A stretch of DNA of 57,095 bases, the filler included, from Sphacelaria rigidula (Eukaryota), in assembly GCA_964200075.2 (NCBI GenBank). It is 4 parts of 4 records of this genome, joined end to end, with 100 filler letters (N's around TTAATTAATTAA, not from the genome) between each part and the next. Parts side by side here need not be neighbours in the genome. Positions count along the whole stretch, not along the records: positions 1 to 14,200 come from CAXNAA020002388.1; 3 more parts are not named here. The stretch is one strand, 5' to 3'. The notes under the pieces are model-generated. The model did no database searches, was not told the origin of the DNA, and was given only the letters and a program-made list of their open reading frames with translations. How positions within the stretch are numbered: the stretch's first letter is position 1; the number at the start of each line of letters is the position of its first letter. The position numbers and the translations under genes were made by a program. Below, in pieces: positions 1 to 12,936 of this stretch.

Positions 1-33
1 CGTTTGTTTGTGTTGGGGGTTTGGGGGGGGGGG

Positions 34-65
<32 letters not shown>

Positions 66-121
66 GGGATATTTGGCAAAAATAACAACAAAATGTATCA
101 TTGTCGTGTCGTGGCGCACAG

Positions 122-262
122 GTGATCAACCGATCGGCGAAGTATAAGAATAGGTATGTCCACAAGCGGGACAGCATGTCCCTGGCCAACCTCACCCTTC
201 AAGAGCTGCAGGCGCAGGTTGATCTAGGACTGATCGTGCATCCGGATTCCGAGGATGAGGAG
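122..262 (+). CDS. Possible isolated internal exon of unknown protein (VINRSAKYKNRY...HPDSEDEE)
   Basis: Bounded by cacag| acceptor and gag|gtac donor; 141 bp, open, phase 0-0. No domain recognised and no partner exons found. Confidence 0.25.
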
Positions 263-879
263 GTACTGCACAAACCCGCAAAACCACACTGGTCGGTTTG
301 TTTTGCTTCTTTTCGCCCTATCTCATGGTTATATATTTATATACATACATTTTAACGATAGTTTTCTTCTCGGATGTCTTTACTTCCATTCGTGTTGTTT
401 GCCTTGGTCATGTTAACGCCTATTCTGTGACCGTGGTTGGATTCCCAACGGATGTGGTAACGATCGACGATCAAGTCAACCGTGCCCACCAGCGAGTCAT
501 GCCACGGTAGAGGTTGTGGAGTTAGACCCAGATGATTATCATCGAGGGGATCCTAAGTTAGGAGCTAGAGAAGGATACGGGGCTAGGACGTTCCCGTTTC
601 AATATTCATTCGAGATATCCCTAGTCCCTTGGAGTGCTCTCATATATTCCATATGTCGCTTTTTGAATGAGATACAACACTCCCGACATTTCAAACCTGA
701 GATATTGCCCGTGCACCCCCACCGTGACATCACTCTAGTGAAGCAGTGGGAACGTCCGGGGGTGAAATCGTTGATGCAGCCTTTGATTGCTGGGCAGTTG
801 TTACGGTCATCGTCATTGAGTGAGTCAAGGTGCCAAGCGGGCGGGCGACGTGTTTGTGAACTTGAGTTGTGAGGTTCAA

Positions 880-1260
880 GTATTTCTTTTCTTTGCTTTT
901 CTTTTCTTTTCTTTTCTTTTCTATTCTGTTCTTCCTTTTTCTTTCCTTGTTCTTTTCCTTTCCTTTTTATTCTCTGTTCGTTTTGTTTTTTTTCGTTTCC
1001 TTTCGGTTTCCCTTTCCTTTCGTCTTTCTCTTCGTTTTTGTTTTCGTTTTTGTTTTCGTTTTCGTTTTCGTTTTCGTTTTCCTTTTCGTTTTCCTTTTCC
1101 TTTTCTGTTCTGTTATATTGTTTTCTTCTTTTCCTGTTCCTTCTCGCTCCTGCTTCTCAACCTCCTTCGTCTTCATCATCTTCTTTTTCTCGCCTTTAGC
1201 TTCTTTTATTCGCTTGTTCTGTCATTTTCCCTTTCGATATCTTGCCCATTTTTCCCTCTC
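880..1260. repeat. Pyrimidine-rich low-complexity tract with (TTTTCG)n/(TTTTC)n
   Basis: Directly visible simple repeats; overlapping F/K/T-rich ORFs are artefacts. Confidence 0.9.
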
Positions 1261-2098
1261 AAGTTTGCTTCCAGGCTTTAGCAAGCGAGCTTGTGTGTTG
1301 ACGGTCATTTGCCTCCTTTGATCATGAACAGATTCTTAGCGAATCCGTTATTATGCGACAATCAATCGATGACTCAATCGTCCAAGGACTCAAGACCCCC
1401 CCCCCCCCACCCCCCTCACGCCTGGTCCGTCGGTGAATACGTGAGGACGTGGATGGCAGAGAGTGTTACTTGGACGATAAACACTCACATGAATATGCAA
1501 CTGCACGCGGATCTCTCCACCGCCACAAGCGGCCAGTACGACGGACTACACAATGATATATCCATCGAAGACATGAACACGCGGTCGATAGGACGATGGC
1601 GATGGTCGGACATCAAGTTCTCATAATACAGCACGAGCCAGACGTTAACATTTTGTGGCATGGTCGTATTCATTACTCTACTCTTTTTATCATCATTGTT
1701 TTTGTTGCCTCCTGAAGATGGCAGACTCGGGATAGGTATTTTGGGTTTTACAAAAACATGTATGTATTTGGGGCCTCGCTTCCGCAGGGTTCATAGATGA
1801 AAACTTCATATCCAAAATGGTGGGGGTCGGAATAGATGAGCCCCAATCTACCTACCCCCACGGCTTTTTGTATTTTACGATATTGTATGAGTGTGGTTTC
1901 TGCGCAAGGCCTTTCCCACCGATGCCGTGCGGCAGCGGCCGGCCATTTCTTTTTTCTCATTTTTGCCTTTGTCTCTGTCATGCTCTTTCCCTCTTTTTTG
2001 CTTTCATTTCTTCAGTCTACTCTGTATGTTTTTCGCTTCTCTTTTCGTTTTTCTTCAGGGAGGGTCTCCATCTTGTCCTTATTTCGGGTACGTCTATG

Positions 2099-2436
2099 AT
2101 GTGACCACGGCTGGATGACCAGGGGAAAACTTTAAGGATGGCAGTCAATCCATCAGTGTAGCTCTACGAATAACTGCTTCAAATGGAAGATAAGGACTCG
2201 ATTACCGTATGCCAATGCTTAATCGACCAGAAAAAAACTCAGGTGTGCGTCATGCGTTTACATGTTTTCTGTGAGCATATCACGCGATTTGCAGAAAACA
2301 CCGTCGGATAGGAATGAAAAAGTATAACTGAATAGCAAAGAGGCAGGAGACGGAAAGGTTGATATATTGCTATATTGCTATATTGATCGATTGTTGCACT
2401 TCAACTGACCCCCTATGGGTCCAGCCGTGGTCGCAT
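2099..2436. mobile_element. MITE-like element with ~17-bp terminal inverted repeats
   Basis: atgtgaccacggctgga ... tccagccgtggtcgcat; non-coding interior; no TSD resolved. Confidence 0.5.
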
Positions 2437-3479
2437 GAAAGACATACCCAAAAAAAGCAAAATTGATATATTTATATACGAATACACATCAACCATTCGG
2501 CTACCGTCTGAAATTACAAGATCACAATTGGCAGCTAACCTGTAAGTACTGCGGTGCTGCTCTTGCACCATTACTTACCGCTCCCAGCAACGGCGTGTGC
2601 TATTCCGTCCGCAAATAACATAGGGCGAAGAATCTGCGAAAAGCTTCGAGCACACCGACGGAGAAGAACTTATGGCGGCCGAAGGAAAGACAGGAAGGAG
2701 GAAGTAGTTGTACATCAACGGTAGATGCATAGACGCTGCATGTGTGGCACACACGTTATATTAGTACTATCCCACATTATTTGCTCGGCGCAATTTTTTC
2801 CTCCCAACCAACTAGAGATAGGCAGACAAGAGGATAAATGACATGCCGTTTTCTAAATGGCCGAAAGAAGATCCAGGAAATCTGATTGGCCGATATTCCT
2901 TGGTCGAAGGCTGACGTCATCCACGGCCCTTTGGGGCGGAGGGATGTTTGAACATTGATGGCGTCATGCGGTAGCGTTGGTATTTTGTTGAGACTTTCCC
3001 GAATCCCGAAATTCTATGTGGCTTGACGTCACCGAACGAAGTGGCAGGCAGTTTCCGAATTTATTCGAAAAAATTGCTGGTTGCTATAGATTGACAACGT
3101 ACAGATGATGGGCATTAAGTTTAGATGGTCCGTAGTTGTTGTGATCGCACTTTGTTGTCGTCGTCGTTGTCGTTGTCTTCAACCTAGTGTTTCGCGCTCT
3201 ACACACGTGCCCTGTGTTCAGATTATACTGTAGTAGGGACACGTACGTTGTCGACTTGACATTATACCGTAGCGCGGGGGCGTCGGGAACAAATGAGACG
3301 GACGTGAGGTTAAACGTGTACCAGCAGCGTCTCCCTCTCTGTGTAGCACTATGCTGTACAATTGTACGAGCTATAATGTATGTAGATGTAGTTGTTCCAG
3401 TTGCTGTCGTCTATATAGTTGTGAAATGCGAGGAATAAAACACGAGCAAAAAAGAAAGGCTCGGGTTCCTCGTGGCAAA

Positions 3480-3790
3480 AAACTCTTCATTTTCTTCTTC
3501 ATTTTCTTCTTCTTCTTCTTACTCCTCCTTCTCCTCCTACTAATACTATTGTTACTACTATTCTGTTACAATTATTACTATTATTATATTATCATTGTTA
3601 TGATTCTTTACTGCTATTACTGTCATTATCATTATTGGTATCATCATCATGAGTAATATCACCATTACTATTATCATTATCATCATCATTATCAGTACCA
3701 TCATCATTAGTACCATTATAACTATTATCATCATTATTATCTAACCCTTTTTATCATCACCATTATCCCTATCATTACTATCATGATTAT
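3480..3790. repeat. Compound trinucleotide microsatellite (TTC/CTA/TAT/CAT)
   Basis: Directly visible simple repeats. Confidence 0.9.
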
Positions 3791-3909
3791 TGGGTCACTT
3801 CTTATTTGTCGAGAAAATTGCCTTTTTGGTCCTCCTCCATCGTTTTACACCGAAAAGAAGACTACTAGGAGAATGTTAACGCCATGGAATGACTTGCTTT
3901 ACTCGTTAT

Positions 3910-4137
3910 GATCGTTTCAGGGCACCTTTGCGCTTCCCGGTTGCCGAAGGTTCGTTTTTGGCCGGACTTGCAATAACAAACGGTCGAGTTAAAAAATTAA
4001 ATGCCAGTTAACTTTTGAAAAATCAGGGGAGAAACTGACAGTTGTTTTTCGACTTGACCGTTTATGATTGAAAATATAAGTTCAGCCAAAAACAAAACTG
4101 TGGCAACCGAGAAGGGCAAGGGTGCCCTGAAACGATC
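3910..4137. mobile_element. Foldback MITE (~230 bp)
   Basis: Perfect 17-bp TIR gatcgtttcagggcacc/ggtgccctgaaacgatc; imperfect palindromy continues inward (ggttgcc/ggcaacc, tttttggc/gccaaaaa, aaacggtc/gaccgttt). Confidence 0.75.
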
Positions 4138-4643
4138 TCAACGGTTACAGTAGGCCAAGCCATTCCAAGATGTCAACATCCGCCTAGCCCTCTTGTGGGG
4201 TGTAAAACGACGGAGAAGAGCCGAAACCAGCCGGTCATCGAAATTGAGGATGGGACTTTTCATTGAGGACGAGAAACCGGAAAATTGAAGTCTTCGTATC
4301 CAGACCAAATCTTTGACATATGGTCCCATTTCTTCACATACTGGTAGCTATTGACAACTGCTACACGCCCTATAAATTTGGATTTCGATAACCGAATTGT
4401 TGTGGCCCTAGATGAAGAAACAATATTGGGGAATTTGGGTATTCCAATCAGATCACCGAAATTCCCCGAAATTGTTCTTTAACCTAGGACCCGAACATCT
4501 CGGTTATCGAACCCCAAATTTGTACGACCTGTAGTACTTGTTAATAGCTACCAGTAGGTGAAGGAATGGAACCATATTTCGAACATTTGGTGTGGGTACG
4601 AAGATTTTAGTTTTCCGGGTTCTCATCCGTGATGAAAAGCTCC

Positions 4644-6458
4644 AAAGTTGTGTTCTGTAACGTACGGATACGTTCTGTAGGGTATGAGATTCCTCATAGA
4701 ACTTACAGAACTGTCGGGTACCGGTATGAAAGTCTTACGGAGTTTACAGAACTGTCGGGTATCGGTATGAAAGTCTTACAGAAAATACAGAACTTGTCGG
4801 GTACAGTATGGGAGGCTTACCAAAACGCGTTACCGGCAATCGGGTAACTCCGTTAGGGGTTATCCGCCTCTCGGCTTAGGGTAAAGATTTTGTACAGAAT
4901 TCACAGAACAGTCGGGTAAGGGTGTGGGAGGCTCACAGAACTCACAGAAACTGTCGGATAGGATATGGAGGTTGCACAGAAAACCGTACCCTAAACCGTG
5001 TTTCTTATCAAGAGCATACCCGTGCCCCCCGGTAACGGTACGGGAGGCTTACAGAGATTACAGAGCTATCGGGTAAGGGTATGAAAGTCTTGCAGATATT
5101 ACAGAGCTTTCGGGTACCGGTGTGAAAGTCGTACATAAGTCACAGAACAGTCGGGTACCGGTATGGAAATCTTACAGAGTTTACAGAACTGTCGGGTACG
5201 GTGAATACCCGACAAAATACCCTGGGTGTACAGAAAACCGTAACCTACAAAACACGACCCTGGTATTCTCATCACGCCTGTGGTGGGACTTACGTCACTA
5301 TAACAGCGGCGAAATACAGATGGCAGTTCACCAAAACTCTGAACGCGGCTTCACGGGGTTGATAGAGAAAGACTACACGAACAATCGCAGTAGTAGATGT
5401 GCACGGGATCGTCAACATCTATCGGCTTCACGTGCACTCTCAGAGAGCATATGAAAGAAAGCCCTCCGGCATGCGACAAAATCGACGACGGCATTTACGA
5501 CTTTCGGTGGCAGCTCATACTCTGTGCTGGGCATGTCGATAACGGCATGGGGTTAAATGACCACGACACAACCGCCATCAACGTCGATGACGTGCCTCTT
5601 GCTACTTGATCCCCTGGTGGCGCAGATGAACTGTCCCCACTCGAGTCACCACTCGAGTCTGGGGGTGCATGATCCATCCACCTGACGGTCTGCAGGGCTG
5701 CTCATGCTTCGTGTTTCCACTCAACGGTACCTCGTATCCCGTCAGATTCCAAACCAAATAATCTTCGATCATTGAATTATTGTTGGTGTGCATTTTTGAA
5801 TGAAGGAGTTGGGTGGGTTGATCGATGGGAGGTACATGTTCAGGTCATGAGGTTGTGCTTGGATTGAACCTATATCCGTACCTCCCCAAGGTATACACCT
5901 GTGCTTATACCTGCAATCGGGCATATTGATAGCGGTATACCCTAACCCCGGGTAGGAGTATGGGAGGCTTACAGAGCTCGCAGAACTGTCGGGTACCGGT
6001 ACTGGATGAAAGTCTTACAGAAATTAGAGAACTTGTCGGGTACGGTACGGGAGGCTTACAGGAAACCATACTGGCGAATGGGTATTTCTTCAAGAGCATA
6101 CCCGCGCTCCGGGTACGGGTGCACATTCTGTACAGAACTCACAGAACTGTTGGGTAAGGGTGTGGGAGGCTTACAGAACTCACATAAACTGTCGGGTAAG
6201 GTATGGAGGTTGCACAGAAAACCGTACCCGCAATCAAGTATCTTATCAAAAGCGTACTCGTGCCCCCCGGTAACGGTACGGGAGTCTTACAGAGATTACA
6301 GAACTATCGGGTAAGGGTATGAAAGTCTTACAGAGATTACAGAGCTATCGGCTACCGGTGTGAAAGTCGTACAGAAGTCACAGAACTGTCGGGTACGGCA
6401 AATACTCGGCAAAATACCCCCTGAATGCAGAAAACCGCATCCTACAGAACACAACCTT
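4644..6458. mobile_element. Composite MULE/Mutator-like non-autonomous element: two direct-orientation repeat-array units (4644-5261, ~5850-6458) flanking ~590 bp of unrelated sequence
   Basis: Outer TIR aaagttgtgttctgtaa / ctacagaacacaacctt. Flanks gaaaagctcc / aaaaagttcc form an imperfect 9-10-bp TSD. Arrays are built from acagaactgtcgggtaccggtatgaaagtctt-type units. Confidence 0.6.
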
Positions 6459-6487
6459 AAAAAGTTCCATTCTCAGTTACGATGATC

Positions 6488-6837
6488 TGTAAGGAAGGTT
6501 TATTGCGAGAGTAGTCAGAGACCTACGGGGGAGACTGCCGTCCTGATGCCGAAGGCACTCCGAGGCCGGCGATGACTTCCTCTTGTATATGTAGGCAAGA
6601 AGTGGGGTCAGACGAGAAGTGGGCGCCAGGGGCGACCCAGACCTTGGCGGATATTGAACCGTCCTATATTAGGCTCTTCCTGGCATCACCTCAAGTTGTC
6701 TAGTGACATCGGCATCACAGGGTCCTCGGTGATCTGGTCCTCCCGGAACGTCCCTCCTTTGTCCCTGCTTGTGTTGGGTCTGTATACATTTGTGACATCA
6801 GTATCTGATATGTCACTACAAAGAGATATCTCCCACA
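6488..6837. mobile_element. Solo LTR (350 bp)
   Basis: TGT...ACA ends with 4-bp TSD gatc (6484-6487 / 6838-6841); removing it restores the host foldback arm. Confidence 0.65.
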
Positions 6838-6900
6838 GATCGACTGTTTGAAAAGGCACTTTCCAACAAGATTGTTTAAAACAAAAAAGTGGTCTTATTA

Positions 6901-7109
6901 GAGGTACTTTAATCTCGGTGCCCGGTTTCCCGGTTTATTCGCTGGCTCTGGGTTTTGTACTATCTTTTCAAGTGAAAGTGATGGCGAGTCATAGGAGGAT
7001 CTGATCTGGTGGTCAAAGGGTCTCACAATCTAATGAATCGCCATCACTTTCATTTGAAAAAATAAGACAAAACAAACCAGGAAACCGGATACCGAGTTTG
7101 AGATACCTT
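6901..7109. mobile_element. Foldback MITE, gaggtatctcaaactcgg TIR family
   Basis: gaggtactttaatctcggtgcccggtttcc ... ggaaaccggataccgagtttgagatacctt; inner arm aagtgaaagtgatggcga / tcgccatcactttcattt. Confidence 0.65.
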
Positions 7110-8367
7110 TATGACTATCATTATGATCGTTTTTATTTTTACTATCATCATCAATATTATTAGTATCATCATGATCATGATCATAATCATCATAAACATT
7201 TTCTCCTCAATGTTAGATTATTGTCAACATTATTGTTGCTATCATTTTGCACTGTGTTGAAGGATTTATTATTGTCGCAGGGCGGGTATCGTGTGGTATG
7301 TTTTTGTTGACTGATAGATTGGTTGTCGCACACCAGCTTATCCCAGTGTGGCCCAGCCGTTGTCGCAAAAGGGGCGTACCCGAGCTAAACAAAGAGGAGA
7401 GCCGAGCTGAAGAGAAAGAATCGTGGAGAAACAAAGCCATAGAGCAAACGGAATAAAAAAGAGAACACAAATAAATAATACAGAGCAGAAAAGGAAAAGA
7501 AAGGAAACGGAAGGAGGACTGCAGTGTCGTGTTTCAGAAGAGAACTCGACTCACGACTTGATAACGTTTTACCCATACGTCCATCCCAAAAGTAATCGTT
7601 TTCAATGAACACAGTAGGTAGGTACAAATCGGCCTGTTCAGGCTATAATAAGAGTAAGTGGATAATGACACCATAGAGTACCGTACAACACAGGTTGCGC
7701 CCCGGTATGATGCAAAAGTGGGCAAAAAAACATATTGCACGTTTGCTGAAAGGATTGACAATCTCATCTCACTGAGAAATCGGCTTGACTGGTATGCAAA
7801 GAGATATTGGTGCTCTCCTTCGCCTGTGTTCTGACCCTCGTGCTGTGAGTAGATGTTGCTATTCACGCCAGCGACTATCCCATTACTTCGTGGTTGCCGA
7901 TATGAGGTGTCCGAATCGACGTGGTAATGGTTTGAGGAATGCGATATCGATTGGTATACCGTTCATGAAAAGCAACGTCGATACAGTCAATGCGGGGCGC
8001 ATATCTGATAGAGTCGCGCCACATTAGTTGAGCCCAAACTGAGTACGTTTCACTGGTATGACGCCTTGTTCCAGGAGACATAGATGGTGTAGAACGCTAC
8101 CGCTTGGGGCGACTACTCCTGTGGAACGCGACGTCGATACAGACAGTAGCGTCCGGCATGTGACATGCCCACACCAATTAGCCGAACCCGATCATGTGTC
8201 CTCCCTCTTCTCTCTTTCTCCATCTCCCTTTTCTCCATACCCCTTTCTCGACTTTCCTCTAGCGAGTGTTTCCGCGCATTTGCCTGGGGTACGTCAATCT
8301 TGCCGCCACTGCGAAATTCGTACCGGATGCGTGAACTTGGGACACTCACATAAACCGACAAATGGAC

Positions 8368-8635
8368 TGTGACGCCAGCTAGAAGAAGAATTGGTGGATC
8401 ACTGCTGTTGAGGTACTCCCCAGTCTTACGGGCCTCAGTTTCAGCTGTCATCCTTCACAACATTTCATTATCATGGAGTGACGTACCAGGCACCATCCTC
8501 CTAGACACGCCGGGTATCATCCCCGTGTCCCGGTCATTATTCAGAATCCTCCCAAAACCCTCCAGAACCCCTGTGCCCCCAGTCATTATCCAGATCATCA
8601 CTACCAGCTTAATGTAACGGCGTATTATTGTCACA
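8368..8635 (-). repeat. 3' LTR of A1
   Basis: Direct repeat of 12937-13204; about 24 substitutions in 268 bp by eye. Confidence 0.95.
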
Positions 8636-8667
8636 GCACCCCCAAAGCGCGGTGGACGAAAATCGAT

Positions 8668-10693
8668 CAACAAGCTTGACACATAGAAAACGCCAAAACG
8701 ATGATTAAGCCACAACTGAATACCAAACTCACTCGTAATGCGAGCAGCAACGGCACGCGTCACGCGCAATTCACGCAACTCCTTCGTCAGAAATTCCGGA
8801 GCGGCCTCACAAACATCCTTGAAAGTCTCTCACGTACGCTCCTCAACTTCGAAACCAACCCAGTCGACCAATACAATCAACGAACGATCGTTGTTTTCGC
8901 CACTCGGACAATATCAGCGATCTGAAACGGCCCTTGATTGAAAGCATGCTGGGACACGTCCTTAACGTCAGCAGTAACATTAAGCTGCGAGTCTGCACAA
9001 AAACGCAAACGAGCTACATGGGCGGTCTGAACACGAACCGAAACAATATTCTAAATATCAAACACATGCGGGTGGTGAGCACCAACCACTCTCCATGGAC
9101 CAGTCCACGTCGCCATCAAGTTGGGCGTAACGCCCGGATGACGCACGCGTGCATACAAGACATAGTCGCATAGCTAAAAATTCGGCAGTTCCAGCCCCGA
9201 CACTCCTCACGTCTACGCGCACGTTCAGCGGCAACACGTTCCTGCACTTAAACGTGAAAACGTTTTTGCAAGTCCAACAATCCTTGCAATGCACGCTTGA
9301 TTTGAACGTCGTCCAAAACATCACATTTCCATTCCCCCGCCGACGAAGACGCCAGCACCGGGAAAGACGTTCGAGGAGCACGACCAAACATCACGTGGTA
9401 CGACGTACTATCGTAGCGACGACGATACGCTGTACTGAGCGCCCATTGCACCGTAGGTAACACGTCCACCCACTCGGAATCCGCTCTACGCTGCTCGAGA
9501 AGAATAGAGCGAAGAGCACTAAGCACTTCCTTAACCATGCGTTTGGACGTGCCGTTAGACCACGGAGAATACGCCACCGCAAACTGGTGATCAACGCGCA
9601 AAGCCTCTCGTAATCGGGCCAAGTGATCATTCTCAAAATGCGTGGCGGTATCACTCACCCATACACGCGGCACCCCCAAAGGTTTGCACCAATTCAGCAA
9701 AGGTGCAGCCTTCGATTCAGCAGTACACACTGCTACTGGTTCCAGAGACACGAAGTTGCTAAAATCATTCATGATTACCAAAATGTATCGAAACCCAGTA
9801 CTCTCTGACGAATCTTGGGAAGCTAGCGGGCCACTCTTGCCCACGTACAAAAAGACACAATGAACGACTTCATTCGGCATGGTCCCATGAACCGTTTCAC
9901 CGAGCGGGCGGGGAACAACATCGCCCGCCCTCGAGTCAGCGCAGTGAAGACACTGGCGGATAAATTCGCGCACATGAGTTTCTATACCCTGCCGGACAAA
10001 AAACCTTTCCAAGCGCACGAGCGTCGCAGCCACACCAGGATGCCCGGCGTCGCGCATGTGCGCGCATATCATCAGACATACCTGCAACTGCTTGTCAGAA
10101 CTGGGAACCCACAAACCGTTTCGGCCACGCACATGCACACGAAATAGATATTTATTGTCCAAGATAGCAGTACCAAAGTCCGACTCGAAAGATTGCACAC
10201 CCGCATCTTCGGTCCCAAGGTCTTTTCGTTGCGCTTGGCGGACAACAGATTTGGACGTCATTGGGTCATGAAGTTCACCCGGACCATACGCAGCCACAGC
10301 ACGCACAGGCAAAGCCGGAATATTCACCCAACGCGAAAGCAAGTCACCCCACGCGTTACGGTCACCCGAAATATGGCAAATGGAATAACGGTACTGGCCA
10401 AGAATAGCTTTACAATCCTCCAATCGTTGTGTCAATGCCTTCGACACAGACGTAACACACGGTTCCGGGTTCAAGATATACACGAGATATCGGTAATCCG
10501 TGAAAATATGCACGCCATCCCACAAACGATGCTCCAAATGACAAAAAGCGCTCACAATAGCAACACCTTCCTTACCAATTGTGGCCCAACGCAACTGCGA
10601 ACCCTCGAAATTACCATCGAGGAAAGCCAGCGGTTTATGCGTCATATCCTCAACCGGCAAGTGTCTTTGCATTTCAACTTTAGGCACCTGCAT
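8668..10693 (-). pseudogene. A1 RNase H - integrase - chromodomain region (stops/frameshifts after 9248)
   Basis: RNase H motifs HKPLAFL..F..SQLRWATIGKEG, IFTDY, HISGDRNAWGDLLSR. Integrase HHCC (AHMRDAGH...CLHC) and core WVSDTATHF. The C-terminal part aligns to the A2 chromodomain. Confidence 0.9.
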
Positions 10694-11997
10694 GACAAAC
10701 TACCCCAATGGCACTCAGATACATCTGGAAACATTAGCACCTTGCAATCAGGGCGAGGATGGAACAGCGTCACGGCATGAGCCCCCAGATCCTTCGCTGC
10801 CACCCACGCCTGCAGCCTGCCCTCCGTCCACGATGCAGCTTTCTTCGGAGACGCCATACCCGGACTGGATCACCCCGCCTGCATATTCCGTAACACCAAC
10901 CCGAGCGCCAAAAGAGCCACCATGCACAACGTCAACCAACTCGACTTCACTGGATCGTACCACCGCGGCTTTGCCTTCACCGCGGACGCCCCGGGTTTGA
11001 GGTGAACACACATGTGCTCCACGCGTGCAGGGGGGTCACCCCGCAGCGCACGACGAAATGCGTTGACGCGGCGATGCAATATGCCACGCAGGCGCTCCGC
11101 TTTTGAGACGCTGAGGCCTTTCGCCACAGCATCCGTCAAGCTCTCCTCCGGCGCGATCTTCCGAGCGGACTCCTCTTCCGCCGGAACCATGAACATATCC
11201 GGGCCACGCTCTACTAGGCGTTTCACCGCCGCATCCCGCTCCTCGGTCACCTGCCCCCCAGCGTCCTGAAAAGTATCCACCGACAAGCTCACGCGACGAC
11301 TGCCCATAAAGGCGGGCGTCTCCAAGCGCGGACCAGGCGGAGACATCCGCGTCTTCATGGAGTCCAACCACTCATACGGGTCGACTCCAAGATCCTGAAG
11401 CGTCGGCAACCCCAGAGGGATGGCGCCATCCGACCCCGGCATGATCGCAAACGAGATCGGAGGCAACGGCGCCGGCCTCCAGGAAATCGTGCAAGTCAGC
11501 TGCAGCGAAACAGTACGCTCTGTGACGTAAACATGCTGACTCGACGCGGTGACGGCCTGCCGCGCCTCGAGCGAAAACGGCTTGCGGAGTGGCACACCCG
11601 GGGGAAGATGCTTCAACATCTCTACAATTTGTACCGATAGACTCACATGACGCGTCAAGTGAGCGCTAGAATCCCACTTAGCCCAAACCGCAATGGCTCC
11701 ACGCCCCCGTCGATTCGAAAGACACAGCTCCGCAGGAACATGTTCGTGCGCAGACTCCACTGGCAATTTATTTGCCGACCGATGCACCGCTAATCCCACT
11801 TAACGCCACGGCTGCGCAAGCTGTGCAGGCGAAGATGCCCCGGCAGGTTGAAACGGCACCGCCCACGGGTACGACGCCCAGCCAGCAGACCAAGAATTTG
11901 ACGAACCTCCGACTAGCGCATTAGCAGGCGTCGCGCCTAGCGCTGCTGCCGGTGTCGCCACCGGCGCCACCACCGGCGTCGGCGCAGTGTTCGACAC
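10642..11997 (-). pseudogene. A1 aspartic protease plus RT N-terminal stub fused in frame to the RT-connection/RNase H start
   Basis: WDSSAH protease site; IPLGLPTL; then LKPGASAVKAKPRWY...LRNMQAG*SSPGMASPKK joined directly to AASWTEGRLQAW...LFHPRPDCKVLMFPDVS. No YxDD core. Confidence 0.85.
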
Positions 11998-12120
11998 TGT
12001 AGAAGTCGGTCACACCTGCACCGCCCGTTGCGGAGCAGCAGCACCTACGGCGACGCTGGACCCACAACCAGACCCATGCTGACGCCCCCGCCGCCGCCGC
12101 CGCCGCCGTTGCTGCTGCTC

Positions 12121-12625
12121 CTACTGAGGACTCGACTGCGACCCTCCAGCGCCGGAGGATCCGCCGCCGCCACCACCCCGATTACCTCGTCCTTTGCCCT
12201 TGTGCTGACGAAGCTGCTGGCGCGCGGCATGAGATTGCCCCGACTCTCCACCGGAAGACGTTGGGCAATCGCGCGCGTAATGGCCGACCTGGCCATAACA
12301 GTGGCAAGTGCCCGCCGCATGCCCAGCATGCTTTTTGATCGCCGCAACCAATTACGGCGGGGTGATTGTGCCCTTTTAATGTTCCCCACGCGCAAACACT
12401 CTTTGCACATACGTCGGGACTTGTTGAGCCATCGACACTACCTACCTGATGTCTCACTGCATCCTCTGCGTTAGCGTGCTCCACACGCTCTCTGTACTCC
12501 GAGTACTTCGTACAAAAAGTGCGAGATGCACTCTCTCGGTAGCTATCCCTGTATTGGGGAGGTCGCAACGCTCCCCGCATGACCACGTTTGTCACGCTGG
12601 ACGCATCACGCGAGCCGGTCGCCAT
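12121..12625 (-). pseudogene. A1 gag remnant with degenerate zinc knuckle; central gag deleted
   Basis: LRPPQYRDSYRESASRTF...; IKKHAGHAAG joined directly to TCHCYGQVGHYARDC. About 420 bp present in A2 are missing. Confidence 0.85.
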
Positions 12626-12936
12626 AGCTGCAACCGGCTACCTGCGAACATTTTGCAGACCAGCGCACCTTCGCGGATTGCACACTTCCTTGCTTCGTCG
12701 CCGCACCTCATAGTTGTAGGAGCCTCGAAACTCCCGCTGCACGCAGCTTCAGCACGTCTCCAGTCCGGATCAATCACAGGCCAGTCGCCTTTCTGCAGCT
12801 AGCATCAGCTTGAACCCCCTCCACGCGTCCGTGATGCTTCAGATTGTCCCCAGCCGCCAGACTCTCCGCCGAAGTCCTTCCAGCAGGTTTTGCTAGGTAT
12901 TTCTTCTAGCATTAACACTAGCACTTATATCGATAT

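Larger units (their letters stand above)
4224..6849. mobile_element. Foldback MITE (same family as 33567-33977), right arm interrupted by two later insertions
   Basis: 4245-4643 is a long imperfect palindrome (ctggtagctattgacaact / ttgttaatagctaccag; ttcgataaccga / tcggttatcgaa). The right arm resumes at 6459-6487 and 6842-6849, matching the reverse complement of 4224-4260. Confidence 0.65.

Noticed and set aside
515-729. TG...CA-bounded LTR-like segment
   Set aside because: No partner LTR or TSD found in the window.
820-1321. Long hydrophobic ORFs suggesting membrane proteins (also 3351-3656)
   Set aside because: Translations of microsatellite and low-complexity DNA.
4660-6400. Regularly recurring acagaactgtcgggta motif resembling a CRISPR array
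   Set aside because: Intervening sequences are themselves repeated rather than unique spacers, no cas genes are present, and the array lies within TIRs.
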